NCBI GenBank assembly: GCA_028534125.1
Contig: CM052818.1
Coordinates: 2,792,001-2,856,000 of the forward strand
Direction of reading: 5' to 3'
Length of the DNA: 64,000 bases
From: Lama glama
Lineage: Eukaryota
Shown: positions 12,915-26,213 of the stretch, piece after piece
Position numbering within the stretch: the stretch's first letter is position 1
How the letters are laid out: every line of letters starts with the position of its first letter
The notes under the pieces: model-generated
What the model was told of the DNA's origin: nothing
The model's database searches: none
Seen by the model: only the letters and a program-made list of their open reading frames with translations
Position numbers and translations under genes: made by a program

Positions 12915-13860
12915 CATTCACTGCAGTATCAAGCCACTCCATGAGCTTAGTGGCTAAACATAACAGAGATTTCTCTCTTGCTCTTGCTTCATGTCCATTG
13001 AGTTTTGGTGTTGGGGGTAGGGACCTGTCCCATGTCTTCTTTACTCAGAGACTTACGCTGATGGAGTGGTCACCACCTGGAAATTGATGGTGGCTGTAGC
13101 AGGAGAAAGGTTCTAAAATGCTTCTTTCCAATATTCATAGCAGCTCTATTTACAATAGCCAAGACATGGAAACAACCTTTTATCCATCAAAAGATGACTG
13201 GATAAAGAAGTTGTGGTATAGTTATACAGTGGAATACTACTCAGCCATAAAAATGAAATAATGCCATTTGCAGCAACATGGATGAACCTAGAGATTGTCA
13301 TTCTAAATGAAGTAAGCCAGAAAGAGAAAGAAAAATACCATATGATATCACTTATATGTGGAATCCTAATAAAAGACAAATAAACTTATTTACAAAACAG
13401 AAACAGACTCACAGACTTAGAAAACAAATTTATGGTTACCAGTGGGGGTGGGGGGAAGAGGTAGAAAGGGATAAATTGGGAGTCTGAGATTTGCAGATAC
13501 GAACTACTATATATAAAATAGGTAAACAACAAGTTTATACTGTATAGCACAATGAACTACATTCAATATCTTGTAGTAACCTATAATGAAAAAGAATATG
13601 AAAATGATATATGTACATATATGACTAAATTATTTTGCTGTACACCAGAAATTGACACAACATTGTAAACTGACTATACTTCAATTAAAAAAATAAAATA
13701 AAATGCTTCTTTCCAGATGAACCACCTGTCCATATTTCATTGACCACAAAAAGACACACAGCAATGCCAAACTGGAAGAGGGTGAGAACTGAGCATCCTC
13801 TCCTCTGCCCGGAAGTAGAGAGAAAATAGATGCTAGTGAACAATAATGTCCATCACACTT
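12915..13860. mobile_element. old MaLR LTR (MLT1L-like) interrupted by an L1 at 13131-13699
   Basis: cttagtggctaaacataacagagattt...; resumes after the TSD as ccatatttcattgaccacaaaagacacacagcaatgccaaac. Confidence 0.5.
13131..13699 (+). mobile_element. young 5'-truncated L1 with a perfect 16-bp TSD
   Basis: ORF2 end (NEIMPFAATWMNLEIVILNEVSQKEKEKYHMISLICGI), 3' UTR and A tail. TSD aaaatgcttctttcca at 13115-13130 and 13700-13715. Confidence 0.92.
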
Positions 13861-14815
13861 GAGAGCTTGCCTCCCAGAGGAGCTGCCCTCTTTGTTAATA
13901 CATTTGCCCTCACTAAACACTGTTTATTCTCCTTTATTCTCCCAAAGCACCACTAACACAAGGCTCTTCTGCATGTCAGACTCATCAAAGAGTTAGGCAA
14001 ACAGACAGTATTTATAGTATAGGGCCGGAAACAATTTTTAAATTCACTGCAGACATCAGTGAGTCTTGAAATTTATTGGCCATTCTCCATCATAGGATAT
14101 TTTTCACTGTCTCTTTCTATAGGCCTCTGTTCTTCGCCGTGTTCTGTCCCAGGGCCCCTGTGTGTCCTTGCATCTTCTGTCCTTCCCCATTTGTTGCTGG
14201 TGCACTCTTGATTTTTTTTGTGTCTTCCAATCTCTGGCTACAGTGTAGCACTGGAATCCGTGTCTGCCCCTGGCCATGCGGAATGGCTGACACTGCAAAC
14301 CTGGTACAGACGTGGCACCAGAGATGCTCACAGAGGTGATATGTGTATGAAATGGCTCTGGCCACTCAAGGAGCAACTTCCACATCACAGTGGGAAAGTA
14401 GCTAAATTTTCTGGAGGGGAAGCATTCAGTGGAGGAGAAATAAGGCTTCACTTTCCAGTTAATGAGTCTTCTGTCCTCCAAATGACAAGGACAATTGCCC
14501 ATATCACTCACTATTTGTGCCTCTCCTTCAGTCTCACAGGTCTTGTGACAAGGAACTGTTCATCCATTGTTCTGGCTCTGGTCTAATTGTCAGTCTTCAT
14601 TTTTGGAGTTCTGATGAGTTATGATCTGATTTTGTATGTGAGTTGATGTTGGTTTTTAGTGAAAAGTTGGAGGAGGGTGAGTTATGGTTCCCTAGCCAGA
14701 CACCATCCATACTGGAATATCTTAGAACGTTTGTAGTCATTTAAAAACGCCTGGTCTTCCCTTACTGGGTTTTGTTGTTGTTGTTTCCAGTATGTGTAAC
14801 TCATCCTTTTGATTG

Positions 14816-15090
14816 TTTTTTTTTCTTTTTTTAAAATTTAAGTATAATCAGTTACAATATGTCAGTTTTTGGTGTACAGCATAATGTCCCAGTCATGCAT
14901 ATATATACATATGTTAGTTTTCATATTCTTTTTCATTAAAGTTTCCTGTAAGATATGGAATGTAGTTCCCAGTGCTGTACGGAAGAAATTTGTTTTTTAT
15001 CTACTTTTATATATAGTAGTTAATATTTGCAAATCTCGAACTCCCAAATTTATCCCTTCCCATTCTCTTTCCCCCGATAACCATAATAGA
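14816..15090 (-). mobile_element. short L1 3' end
   Basis: Poly-T plus a 3' UTR very similar to 11990-12249. Confidence 0.8.
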
Positions 15091-15184
15091 TTTTGTTTTC
15101 ATTTATAAATAAATTTCACAAGTAGTGGTAATTTAAAAAACAAATAAATCAACAAACTGGAGAAAATTGGAGGCTTCATAGTAC

Positions 15185-15350
15185 ACTGGAATCTGGAATC
15201 AGATGAATGCTGGTCTAGTGTTCAGTTCTGCTACTTATTAGCTGTGTGTTCTTGGGCAAGTTACTTAAGCTCTCTGGGCCTCAGTTTCCTTTTCTGTAAA
15301 ATGGGAATAATAGTTTTCACTTTGAAGATAGGGAGTGAAGATCAGAGGTA
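15185..15350 (+). mobile_element. MIR SINE
   Basis: ctacttattagctgtgtgttcttgggcaagttacttaagctctctgggcctcagtttccttttctgtaaaatgggaataata. Confidence 0.8.
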
Positions 15351-15495
15351 AGCTGGGGTGTGTTTGCCAGAACTTGCTCTCTTTTGGCCTCACAGGGATT
15401 TGAGAAGCTGAATCACAATCAGAAGAATTCTTATGGCGATGGACTCAGAACAAGGGAACTAGGATGAATTAGATGTTTCAAAACAGTGTCAAGCC

Positions 15496-15640
15496 AGAGG
15501 GCAGGGTATGGCTCAGCAGTAGAGTGCATGCTTAGCATGCACAAGGTCCTGGGTTCAATCCCTAGTGCCTCCAGTAAAGAATAAAGTAAGAAATTAATTA
15601 AAAAGTACATAAAGAAATCTAATTGCTCCCCCGCCCCAAT
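15496..15640 (+). mobile_element. tRNA-derived SINE (Vic-1-like) with an extended tail
   Basis: ggtatggctcagcagtagagtgcatgcttagcatgcacaaggtcctgggttcaatcc; degenerate TSD acagtgtcaagcc / acagtatcaaacc. Confidence 0.85.
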
Positions 15641-18600
15641 ACAGTATCAAACCTGAAGTAGCCTTTTTATAATAGGGACAGTCTCTCTCTCCTGAATTGT
15701 GCCTTCATGAGCATCCCGGGTGGACTAATGATTCTGCCTCTCTCTCTAAGCTGATGTTATTTAAATATCACTTAACTTTTTTTTTTTTTAAAAAAAGCAA
15801 GAGTGAGGAGAAATAGTTTCTCTTCACATCCAAAATAAGGAAAACCTTAATAAGATTTTCTGAACAGGCAGCTTCTTGAAAAGGCTTATGAAAAGTTCTA
15901 GAAGTTACATAATAAGCTGAGTAACTCTTCTCAGTATGCAGTCCTCTATCATGTCATTTCACTTAGAAATCTCAACCGAATGTGGTAACAGACGTCCAGG
16001 GACTGTCATGCTCCTGCCAGGAGACCTGGAGGGGCATTTTGCAGAGACACTTAAAAATGGTCAGCACAGTCGAAGAGCTGTCATAAGTCTTCTGTCTGCT
16101 CAAGGGGAGCAGAGCCAGCTTACATTTCACGGTGATGTGAGCAGGCGTGTGCGGAAACCTGGCTTAACTGGCGCTGTTTCTATGAAAACCCGGTTAAGAC
16201 TGGCACTGCGTTTATATAGATACTTGAGTTCACTGGCGCCGGTGATACTGCAGTGATGCTACATGACCAGTGCTCCGGGCATCTGCCCAGCTGGCCCACC
16301 CTTCAGTCCAACGACTGCCCCTGTGATGCTCATCTGCATGCCTTCACGCCTGTCCAATGCTCCTCCAATTTGACATCATCTTTCTTCAGGCGATGGGACA
16401 AAACCCACCACCATCTGATGGTTCTTGGCCTTTCTGCTCCCCTGGCAGCTGAAGAAGACTCTGGGTTTGTGTACGCAACTTCTTCTGTTGCCATGCTTTG
16501 TGTTCCTGAAGTGGGAAGCATGACTGCCCAGTCAGACACGTTTGAATAAGTTAGCTGCTTCTGTAAGCCACAGTCCGAGGGCCATCTTTAGTAGACCTGC
16601 CATAGGCCTGTTCTTCTGGCTTCTGTGATGAGGTGTCTTCATCACAGCAGGTGTCTCACTGTAGCTTCCCCGTGCTGACGAGAATCAGCACCATCGTCAT
16701 TATCATTAATACCAATAAGGCAACTGCAATAATTGGGGCCATTGGATAAAGCATCACTGGAAGGAAAGCCCCAACTTACAATTCTTCCTCATAATCCCCT
16801 CAAAACTGTGAGCACTTGGTGTAGGTGATCTCACAGGCTCTAGAAGAAGAGTTCACTCATTCATGAAAACTCAGCAGACCCTCATCTGTCCTAGTTTGTG
16901 CAAGCAGTCCTTCCAGGGCTACGGAGGAGGGACAGATGGGCCACAAATGCATCCCTCGGGGCTCTTGGTTTATAAGGACAGATAAAACACGTACCCAGAG
17001 GGTGTAACGCAAGGAAGAGGCTGTCACTTCCGGAAGGGGAACTGACCTGGCATTGGCTCAGGGAGTTCAGAGGATCGAGCACATGGGTTGTTTTGGGGCA
17101 AGACTACCCTTAACAGGTGTCGCTTCAGGGCCGCTTTAATTTATTCCCCAGGCTTGGTTTTCACAGAGTACATCCCTGAAGATGCCGGTGGTCCTCTTCC
17201 CTCTTCTGCCGGCAGCCAGTTCCCTCCCATCTTCCCCAGTCTCCCTTCCATCTCAGGCTCCCCTTCTCGTGGTGGTAGCAATACTGAGGTGCACCTCTCC
17301 CCTCCGCCCAGACCCTTGTCCTGCCCCTGAATCTCCAAGTGCCACCACCCACCAGGAGCACTTCACCTGCGCCCCTCCCTGCCTCAGGGGGAGCATCAGG
17401 TCTGAACGGTTGTGGGTGCCAGTGGGGTGACCCTCCCGTTTGGAGAAACACAAGGGTGGATTTTTTGGAGAGAGAAGTGCTGGGCCGGCTTTGGGTGGTC
17501 AGTCTACTTCCTTAAGCCACTCCCGGTAACATGGGTCAATCAGATGGCACTTGCCCCAGGCCCTTGACAATTTTCCTCTCCCTTTCCAAATAGATAAACT
17601 CATTTCTTCCCCATAGATTTGTTCCTGAGGCCTGTGCGCCCGCCCGCTGGTTGGTTTGGACTGTCTGTGGAGCCCCTACTACACCGGCCAATGCTAGCGA
17701 TCTTGTGAAAGGGCCTCCAGTGTCCCCGATGGGGAAGGAGATGGCAGGCCCCTCACACGAAGTGGGCAGAAGGCACTGCTGAGGCCAGGCCTGGGCTTTC
17801 TAAATCTAGAGCTCAGAACAGACTGGTTTCCTTGACAACAGGGATGAAGTCTGCTCATCTGCTCCTGGGGGGTGGGGACGGGCTTTGTGTGTGTGCGTGT
17901 GTGGAAAGCGCGGGGACTTGGGGACAGGAAAGGCGATCCTGTATCAGTGTAGCAGCCCATTTCTCAAAACTCGCCAACTCTTACTGTATTATTAAACAAT
18001 ATTAAAAACTCCTCAGGTGGCAGTGTGACTTCAGTTATGCAATCTGCACGTTGGGAGTCCAGACAGAGAATCTTCCCTTCCTTTCCACTGCACTGGACGT
18101 ATTTTACCAGACCTGCATCACCTTTTTGATAACCTGTTTTAAGATGTTGGTCCAATACATACTCATCCCTAGCGCTCTCAAAGGCTAAATGAAAAGCATT
18201 TCTTGCTTCTCCAGCTAGTGATGCTTTGTGCGGCCAGGCTGCTGGGAGGAAATGAAAATCGGTCCCTGACAAGCCGAGGTTGGCTCAGACCCGCACTTGT
18301 CAGATGGCGTCCTCATAAAAGGCTTTGGGATGCAAACCCTCATTCTTGATGCAAACCCGAGGCCTCGGGCTAAAAAGTGGGTCCATTTGCCTGGCCCACC
18401 AGGCCTGATTTCAAGGCAGTACATCTTGCCTTGGTGGAGGCTTGCTTGGAGTTCAATGTGCGCACCCCACTTCCCTTCCTATGCATTATTAAAGCCTCTC
18501 TAAAAAGCAGACTGCAGATCACAGGGGAGAAGACGTGCCAGCAGTGATTTCACATCTCCTCCAAGAAGCAACATCTGCTGCCCCAAAAAATCTCAGAGAA

Positions 18601-21600
18601 AAGATTCTGCCAAATTGTAGCCCATGGCAGATGGAATAAAGATGGCCCTTGGACCCTGAGCTTATAGAAGCAGCTAATTTGTTCAGATGTGTCTTATTTT
18701 TTTGTGTTTCTATGTCAGTGCTTGGAATTCTTGAATGCTAGATAATATGGATGGGAAATTGTGAGCGGGACTTAGGGACCGAGAGTGACTGTGACAAGAT
18801 GGGAATTAATTAGCAGGAGGAGACGGATGTATGAACAGACAGATGGAGGCCAGAACCCGGTAAATTTCACAAGGCGTTCAGTTACTCTTTCTTCTTGTCA
18901 GGTTAGCAGGACTGTGGCTCAGATTTAGCTCCTGCCTGTCTCCCTCCCCCATTTACCAGAGGATGAGCTGTGGCATTCTAAAGCCTTCCACAAGTTCCTT
19001 TGTTTCCTTCACCTCCTCAAAGGAAGGGCACTTACTCCCCCAGCAAACAGCAGGCTCTTCCAGGCTGAGTTCTTTGTTCAGAAGACAATCCCCCCGGCCC
19101 CTGACACTGTTGCTCTGACTCTAGTTTGCCACAGCATCCCCCTCTGTCCCCACCTCCACATCCCTGAGGGCCATCTGAGGACGGCTGGGGAGAGGGTGAG
19201 CCCTGGGGCTGTGTTTCCCACTTCAGCCCCTCCCCCACACAGACCAAGCAAATCACAAGCCTGTGTTCAAATCACAGACTCAAAGGAGTACCTCTAAACT
19301 GGACGGAACTCAAGAAGCTGCCTTTCCCGCTCTTTTTTTTTTTTTTTTCCCAGTGGGGGAAACAGAAGCCCAGAGAGGTTAAGCGGCTTGCTGTGGATCA
19401 CAGAGGGAGTGAGTTAGAGATCCAGAACCAGACCTGTGGTCTCTTGAGTCTGTCCAGTTCTCTTTGCCCACCACACTGCCCCTGGGATGCCCACTTTCTC
19501 AGTATGGTGTACGCTTCAAGCATATACCCAGGGGTCGGGAAAGCTTTCTGTTTCGTACGTATATGATCTCGATTGGGCCAGATGTGCTTTGCATTCAAAT
19601 GTTTCTCAATCACACAGGAACTAATTTTGAGAATTTACTGCGAGCCTCACACTGAGCGAGGTGCTTCTGCGTGGGTCTGAATTTTTGTAGATGCGCTTTG
19701 GGTAGGAGTATCATTGGCTAAATCCAGTGCTGTTTTTGATTGATAGACAAAAGAGTTTTGCAAACTGTAAAGATCTGTAGGCTTCATACTATATATTTTT
19801 ATACAGCTTCATGGTTTGGTTACAAAACATTAACTTTGTTCTGCCTACAGAATCATGACCAGGTTGTCACCTCCTGTCTTTGAGGCATAATCCTCTGAAC
19901 CCAGTGCAGGGAGGGGAAGATTAAACATATGGCCATAAACATCACCTTGGGGCATTGGGTCCAACAGAATATCAGCAGTTTTCCTTTGCCTGCAGTGCCT
20001 CAAACATGAAGGGTGGAAAGTGCCCCCAAAGAATTTCCCTTCAGTCTCTGTTAAGGCGGAGCCTGCCGCCCGTTGAACTACAGGTTTGGTTAAGAGAAGC
20101 GGAAGGCTGGTTGGAGCAGCATGTCCCTCCCATCGTGGGTGTCTGTGGGAAGATGCCTGGGCTGTTGGATGTGACAGGTGGGCTGGCCACTTAGCAGATG
20201 CTGCCTAATGAAGGCAGTGACCCGGGGGACAGCAGAACACAGAGCTGAGCTCAACAGAGCTCAACAGACGTCTCCCTAGGGGCCAGCGGAGGGGTCTTCC
20301 TCTTCCTCGGAGGTCCATCCGTAACTCCAGCAAGAGATCGTGAGCCACAAATGGCTGGTGGGCCTTCAGGCTTGCGACTGGAAGGCCTGGAGGAGCCCTC
20401 ATTGTGTGTTGGTCTGTCCCGTCTCGTGCATTTAACCAGTTCCTGCAGAGCACCTCCCCTCTGCCAGGCACCATTCTAGGTATCAGGGATGCAGGGAGGA
20501 GCGAAATCAGACAAACCTTTCCCTCTTAGAACTTCCAGTCTAGTAACAGGTGAAAGCTTGTTAATTTTTAGACTTTCGAGAAAGAAGGTTCCACGCAATG
20601 AGATTTTCCCCCATCACACGCAGTCTTTCCAGTTATTTTTATCCCCTGCTTCAGTGTCAGCCTTTTGCTCACATCTTTTCCTTTCCCCACAGAGAAGCAG
20701 CATCCCGAGGCTGTAGTGGGTGTGGAGGGCGGAGGCCTGTCCTAGGCAGAGCCCTGGGTAAGCAGACGGTCCCCCTTCCCTCTCTCTTAGGTGCCCCAGC
20801 AATCTCTCGGTACCCCTTTTCCTCCACTCCCAGATGCTCAGGGTCCCTGTTACAATAAGGGAAGGCAGCCTGCATCCTCCCATCCATCTCCCTAAGTGTG
20901 CCATGTTCTCCTTGGTTCCCCAGCCTCTGAGTCCCGGGTGTCTGCAAAGCTCCAGGAGGAAAGCCACCTCACTGGGTCACACTGATCAAGAAAGGATTAA
21001 CAAATATCCTATCAACTCTCCCAGGAAGGCCGGACTCTAAAAAGAGGAGATGTATTAGCCAAATAAACCTCTAAGTGATGGAACTTCAAGCACAGAGGAG
21101 TGGGGTGAGGATGGAGAGCAGCCTAGTGAGATTTGGGGGCAGGGCATCCCTCGTCCCATCCTGCACCTGTGGTTTCAGTTTGCTCCGCTTCTCAGTCTCA
21201 CACACTGGGCTCACTGCCCCGTCATGGGCTGTGTGTGCATCTGTGTGTGCACGTATGGACACGTCTTCTTACTAGGTCACTGTTTAACTTACGGGCATCT
21301 GTGTAACTGATCTTGGCCCACTGGTCCTTTTGAGGAACGTCAGTATTGGAAGTGCCCCAGGTGGTGCTCTGCTCACATGTCCCCATCATCCAACCCCAGG
21401 CGGAGTCACGCTTGTCTTCTCCCACCACTCCACTCACCCTGAGCGGAAGAGACACAATACGGCACGTGTACTATCCCAGGGCTGCAATTTGGGGAAAAAA
21501 AATAGGAATTCATTTTCTTGACACTTTCACCAGTTACAAATGGTAACAATTGCCTGTGGGACTCTGGAGAAATTATGAAGTTAATTAGCAGAAGCACTCT

Positions 21601-22151
21601 GTATTTAAAATATATGGCATATTTAAATAACTATTAAGTTGAACCTACTTTGCAGAGTTGACAAGCCATCTGGTCCAAAAGTCTGAGGAGTTGAATTTTG
21701 CTGCATATATTAAGGGACATGTCTAAAAGCTCCTGGAAATGGCAATTTTGTGTCACTTTTGTTTCCTTGGATATGAAAACCGAGGCAGGTGGTGACTTGG
21801 CGGTGGTCGCAGTGTAGGCTACTCTAACCGATGTGCCTCTGTCTCCCAGAGCGAAGGTTTCAATCGCCCCTTCTGTCCAGAGGGTGTGTTTAGAAGATGA
21901 AAGAATTATGACCGTGATCGTTCCTTAGAAGTCATATATTTCACACTTGATCCCAATGACTCATGACTCTTTGGGCTTGAAAATGAAAGGCATGCCTCCC
22001 CTGCCACATGCTGCAGAGACGAGGAGGACAGAGCCTGGAAACCCAGTCTCGTCACTGACAACTAAGTCTTAGTGTGTCTTTCTTTGGACACATCCCACCC
22101 TCTTGGCCTGTTTTCTCATAGGTTTAACGAAGTGGGAGGGAAGGGCTGGGC

Positions 22152-22640
22152 TGTGCATCAGTCAGGGTCTAACAAGGAGAACAGGAACCTCTTCAAGTAT
22201 CTCAACAGTGGGAATTTAATGCAGGATATTTGCACAGTAACGGAAGAGCTGAAACAGACAGGGCCTGGGGAGGTAGCTCTGAGATTAGCCCCAGCAGGAA
22301 GTCTCTTCTTCCTCGAGGCTGGAGGGAGAAGGGGAAGAGGTGGTGTCACCCCAGCCCAGGGGAAGCTGGAACATGGGGGCCTCCAGGATGAGAGCTGGGG
22401 CCTTGGAGGGGATGCCACTTGAAGCAAAGAACAAGGGAGGAAATGCTCTGGCAGCTCCCCTCATCTTGGGTCAGTGCCTCCTCTTGCCCTGGGCCCAGAA
22501 AGAAGCCAGCTGACGTGGAGCCTGCAGGGGTCAGCAGGGAAGGCTGAGGGATGGTTAGGCTGGGAGCAGCCCGGGCCAAGCTGCTGTTGGAGTCCCGTAA
22601 CTCTGACCTTCAGTGAGAGCGTGAAGTTCAGTGTGTCTTC
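22152..22640. mobile_element. possible old ERVL-type LTR
   Basis: Start tgtgcatcagtcagggtctaacaaggagaacagg...gggaatttaatgcagg resembles recalled ERVL LTR ends. Right boundary is a guess. Confidence 0.35.
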
Positions 22641-24633
22641 AACAGTGTGCCAATGGGAAAACCAGGCCAGTGGGGCTGCACTGGGCTTGAATGAGACCCC
22701 CTCGCCCCAATCCCATCATCAGAAGCAAACGTTCCCAAGATGCACCTGCTGTGTTCTGCACTGGACTTGCCTTAATGGGGGGAGGACAAGGCAAGACTTT
22801 AGGGAAGGAGTTTGCAGGGGCGGCAAGGGTGGGGGAGCGGGGAAAAGGATGAGAAAGAGGAGACAGAAAAAGGTTCCTACCTGTGGGTGGAGAACTGACC
22901 CCAAAGGCGAAGAGGCCAAAGAGCTTCATCCATGACCAGGGATGGTCACTGTCTGTGCACAAGGATGCTTCCCATCATAAACTAATTCACAACAGGACAG
23001 TGTCCAGTGCAGGTGTTTTTTAGAATGTTTAGTGGATTTTCACACAAAACACCTTTTTCAAAGAGTATCTTCAATCATTACCTGTCAGACCGGATTGGCT
23101 GGACATCCCTTCCCCTAAGGAGTTCTCCTCCCAAAGAGCGGAAGTGGTATTAGCTCTGTCCTCAGCTCAGGATGAACAGCTCACCGTCGCGTCAGCCCCA
23201 GTGGAGTCTGAGGGGTTAACAGGCCCCTATCTCTGAGCGTCAGACTCTCGCTGTAAAGTGAGGGGCTGGGTGTGTTTCAGGGCCTCCCAACTCTGCCCTC
23301 TGGGATCCGCCCCACCCGCTGGCAGACAGGGGCAGGAAATGGCCCTTCAACCAGGCCGGGATGAGGGCACGGGAGGCGTAAATGGGACACTTACATGGCC
23401 GCGTCCCAGGAGGTCGTGACTGACAGCGTGGTTGTGACTCAGGGGTGGGCTAAGTGACCACAAGCCCTTTGTAATAACTCGAGGTCTTGCGTTTCCTGAC
23501 CAGGGAACAGGAGCACTTAGAGCACTGCCACGGTGCCTGCAAATCCATTGGCTTTTCAGTCACCTGCTGCCCTCACGCCTCACCTGCTCTCCCCTCTCAA
23601 CACGAGGCCTTCAGACCCACCGGCTTCCTCGAAGGGCCTGCCTCCCTTCTTGTCCCTTCTGCATTATGAAGCCCAAGAACCAAGGAGGCAGGGAAAGGGG
23701 ACAGAGAAGCTCAGTCTGAGAGCAGAGGGGATGCATTCAGGGAGGGGAAGCTGGTGCCTGGGGGGATGAGCTGGGACATTCATGCATTAGTCATTTCTGT
23801 CCTGACTCATGTACAGAGATGAGCAACAGCAGGTGACAAATGAGACGTCCTAGAGCCGAGAAGAGGGAGAGAATGGAAAGACCTTGCCCTGGGGAAGAGG
23901 AGAGGTTGGGCCTGAGGCAGACCACAGAGGCGGGGATACGTGTGCAGTGCTGGGGGCTGGCGTGGGCTGGCGAGGACCGGCCTGTCTGTTGGGCTGGGCT
24001 GGGCCTTTCATGTAGAGGACACCTTGGTGCTGGCCTGAGGGGCTTGAAAGCCAAGATGACCTCATCCTGTGGCCCAGAAAGAGATGGCACGGTGCCACGC
24101 CCCTGCCCGGCCACCAGCCCATGGCAGACACTGGAGACCAATCCCCGCATTCTTTCCCCCTGAACACAGAGGACTCCGGCTCTCCTAAGGCAGCACCGCT
24201 GATCCACCGGAGTTGATCCGTGATAGAAAGCCTGGTGACCATCTGGCTACAGACAAGAAGTCACGGATGGTTTTTGTGAAACACTTTAGACATGTAACCA
24301 TGAGTGTGGATTGGAGTCAAGGAGGGGGGCGCTGGAGAAAGAGATCAGCGGGGAAATGACTGTAGTGAGAATTCAGGCCGAGGGGCATCTGTCTCTTCTG
24401 CCCATTCCTACACTGGATTTGGTGGACCAAGCTTTTTTTTGTTTGTTTGTTTCTATTTTTAAACGTAGGCTCTTTTACTGGGTAAGTCTCCTCCCCTCCC
24501 ACCCTCATCCTGGGGCACATAGGCAGTGACCTCTCCCTTCTTGTCTATCAAACTGAGCTTCTCAGTAAGAGCCCATGCTACATGAGAGACACACTCTTAT
24601 CTCTTTTTGGACCAAGCACTTTTCTTTCTTGCA

Positions 24634-24740
24634 TTTTTTTTAAAGTATATCTATTTATTTTAAATGGAGGTTCTGGGGATTGAACCTAGGACCTCGTGCA
24701 TGCTAAGCCTGTGCTCTACCACTGAGCTCTACCCTCCCTC
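24634..24740 (-). mobile_element. tRNA-derived SINE (Vic-1-like)
   Basis: Same sequence family as 8540 and 55452. Confidence 0.85.
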
Positions 24741-25242
24741 TCAAGTGTTTTTCACGCCATAAAAGCATTCGGGCAAAAGTACTGATGTAGGAGTCTCCAT
24801 CAAGTTCATTGGAACTAGAAAACCGAAATTCTTTCACCACACTTTCCATTCTCCCAGGGGCCCTTCGTAAGCCAGGGAAGGGGAAATTTTTTTTTTTAAT
24901 CCAAAAGGATGGGACCACTTCTCGGTTGACCCTGTTAGAGAGGGATGAACTGGAGCAGTCAGAAGTCATTAGCATTGCCCCAGTGAGCTGCTGTTCAATT
25001 TAGAAGCATTGACTGAGCCCAGGGAGACGTTACCACCAGAGGTCAATGACTTGCATCTACTCTTTTTCCTGCAGCTGAAAGCGAGGGCCCCTCCACTGTC
25101 ACAGGGGCCCAGCGTGGTGGCCGATTGCATCTACAAATTCCAAACTTTTGTTCCAGGGGTCCCCTTGGCCATCACAGTGCTGCTGATGACAAGATACTCT
25201 TAAGAGGCTTCAAACCCTTGTTACAATCTGTATGTACATTAG

Positions 25243-25557
25243 GGCTGGGGAGGCCAGAAGTGTGAAATCAAGGTGTCATCAGGGCTGCCCTTCCACTGAA
25301 GCCTCCAGGGGAGAATCTTTCCTTGCTTATTCCAGCTGCTGATGGCCCTTGTGTTTCCTGACTTGGAGCTGCCTCACTGTGACCTCTGTATCCATCTTCA
25401 CGTGGCTTACAAGGACAGTTGTGATAGGCGTTAGGGCCCACGGGATAATCCAGGATGATTTCATCTTGAGAGTCTTAATTACATCACTAAAGGTCCATTT
25501 GCCAAAGAAGGTCAGGATTCTCAGGTTCTGATTGCTGGGACATTCAACCCACTGCAG
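25243..25557. mobile_element. MaLR LTR fragment (MLT1B/C-like)
   Basis: ggaggccagaagtgtgaaatcaaggtgtc...ttagggcccacgggataatccaggatgatttcatc...attcaacccactgca; similar to 1466-2330. Confidence 0.7.
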
Positions 25558-25689
25558 ACCCCCTGGGACACCCCCAGGCAACACGCTTCCAGCCCTTTGC
25601 CAGAGCCCGCCCTCCTCAGCTGGTCCAGCCTGGTGTTCTGGTTTACTCATGCTGCCCAAACTGCCAGTAGTACCGATAGCATTATCGAT

Positions 25690-25890
25690 CCCTTTTCTAT
25701 GACAGACACTGTCCTACGTGTTTCCTATGGATGAATCCACGTGACGACAACAACCCCTCAGGGCTGCGACCATAATTACCAGCTCCACTTTATGGCTGAG
25801 GACACTGAGGCACAAAGTTCTCACAGCCAGTAGAGGCGAACCTGGGATACAAACCAGGCAGTCTGCACCAGAATCTCTGCTCTTAATTAG
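25690..25890 (-). mobile_element. MIR SINE
   Basis: ccactttatggctgaggacactgaggcaca...cacagccagtagaggcgaacctgggatacaaacc. Confidence 0.6.
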
Positions 25891-26127
25891 CCATACGTAA
25901 TGATGCTTCTGAAATTATGGAGGGTTCAGAAGGTAGAGGAGACAGATGGCACCAGGGCCCTGCGTCCCACTTCCCAGGGAGGCTGGGCACAGGGTAGACC
26001 AAGATGCAGTGTGGGTGCTCCTGTTCCAAGCCCACAGTGCATGGAGGTCAGGGGAGCCCCAGCGGTTGGTGCCTGAAGGATGGGGAGCAATCTTACTCAG
26101 CAGTGAGTGGCTAATACAGCACCGATT

Positions 26128-26168
26128 TGTAATGTGTTAATTTCTGGTATACAGCACAGTGATTCCAT

Positions 26169-26213
<45 letters not shown>

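Noticed and set aside
14095..14340. Cryptic exon after a strong-looking acceptor (ttttcactgtctctttctatag)
   Set aside because: No convincing donor or recognisable coding signal; cannot be supported without RNA data.
15496..15575. tRNA gene (also 8540, 24634 and 55452)
   Set aside because: Several diverged copies with A-rich tails, some with TSDs; these are tRNA-derived SINEs, not tRNA genes.
16623..16680. Intronic C/D-box snoRNA (GTGATGA...CTGA) with hairpin ctgtgatga...tcatcacag
   Set aside because: Only ~54 nt between the boxes, the C box is buried in a local stem, and there is no proper terminal stem.
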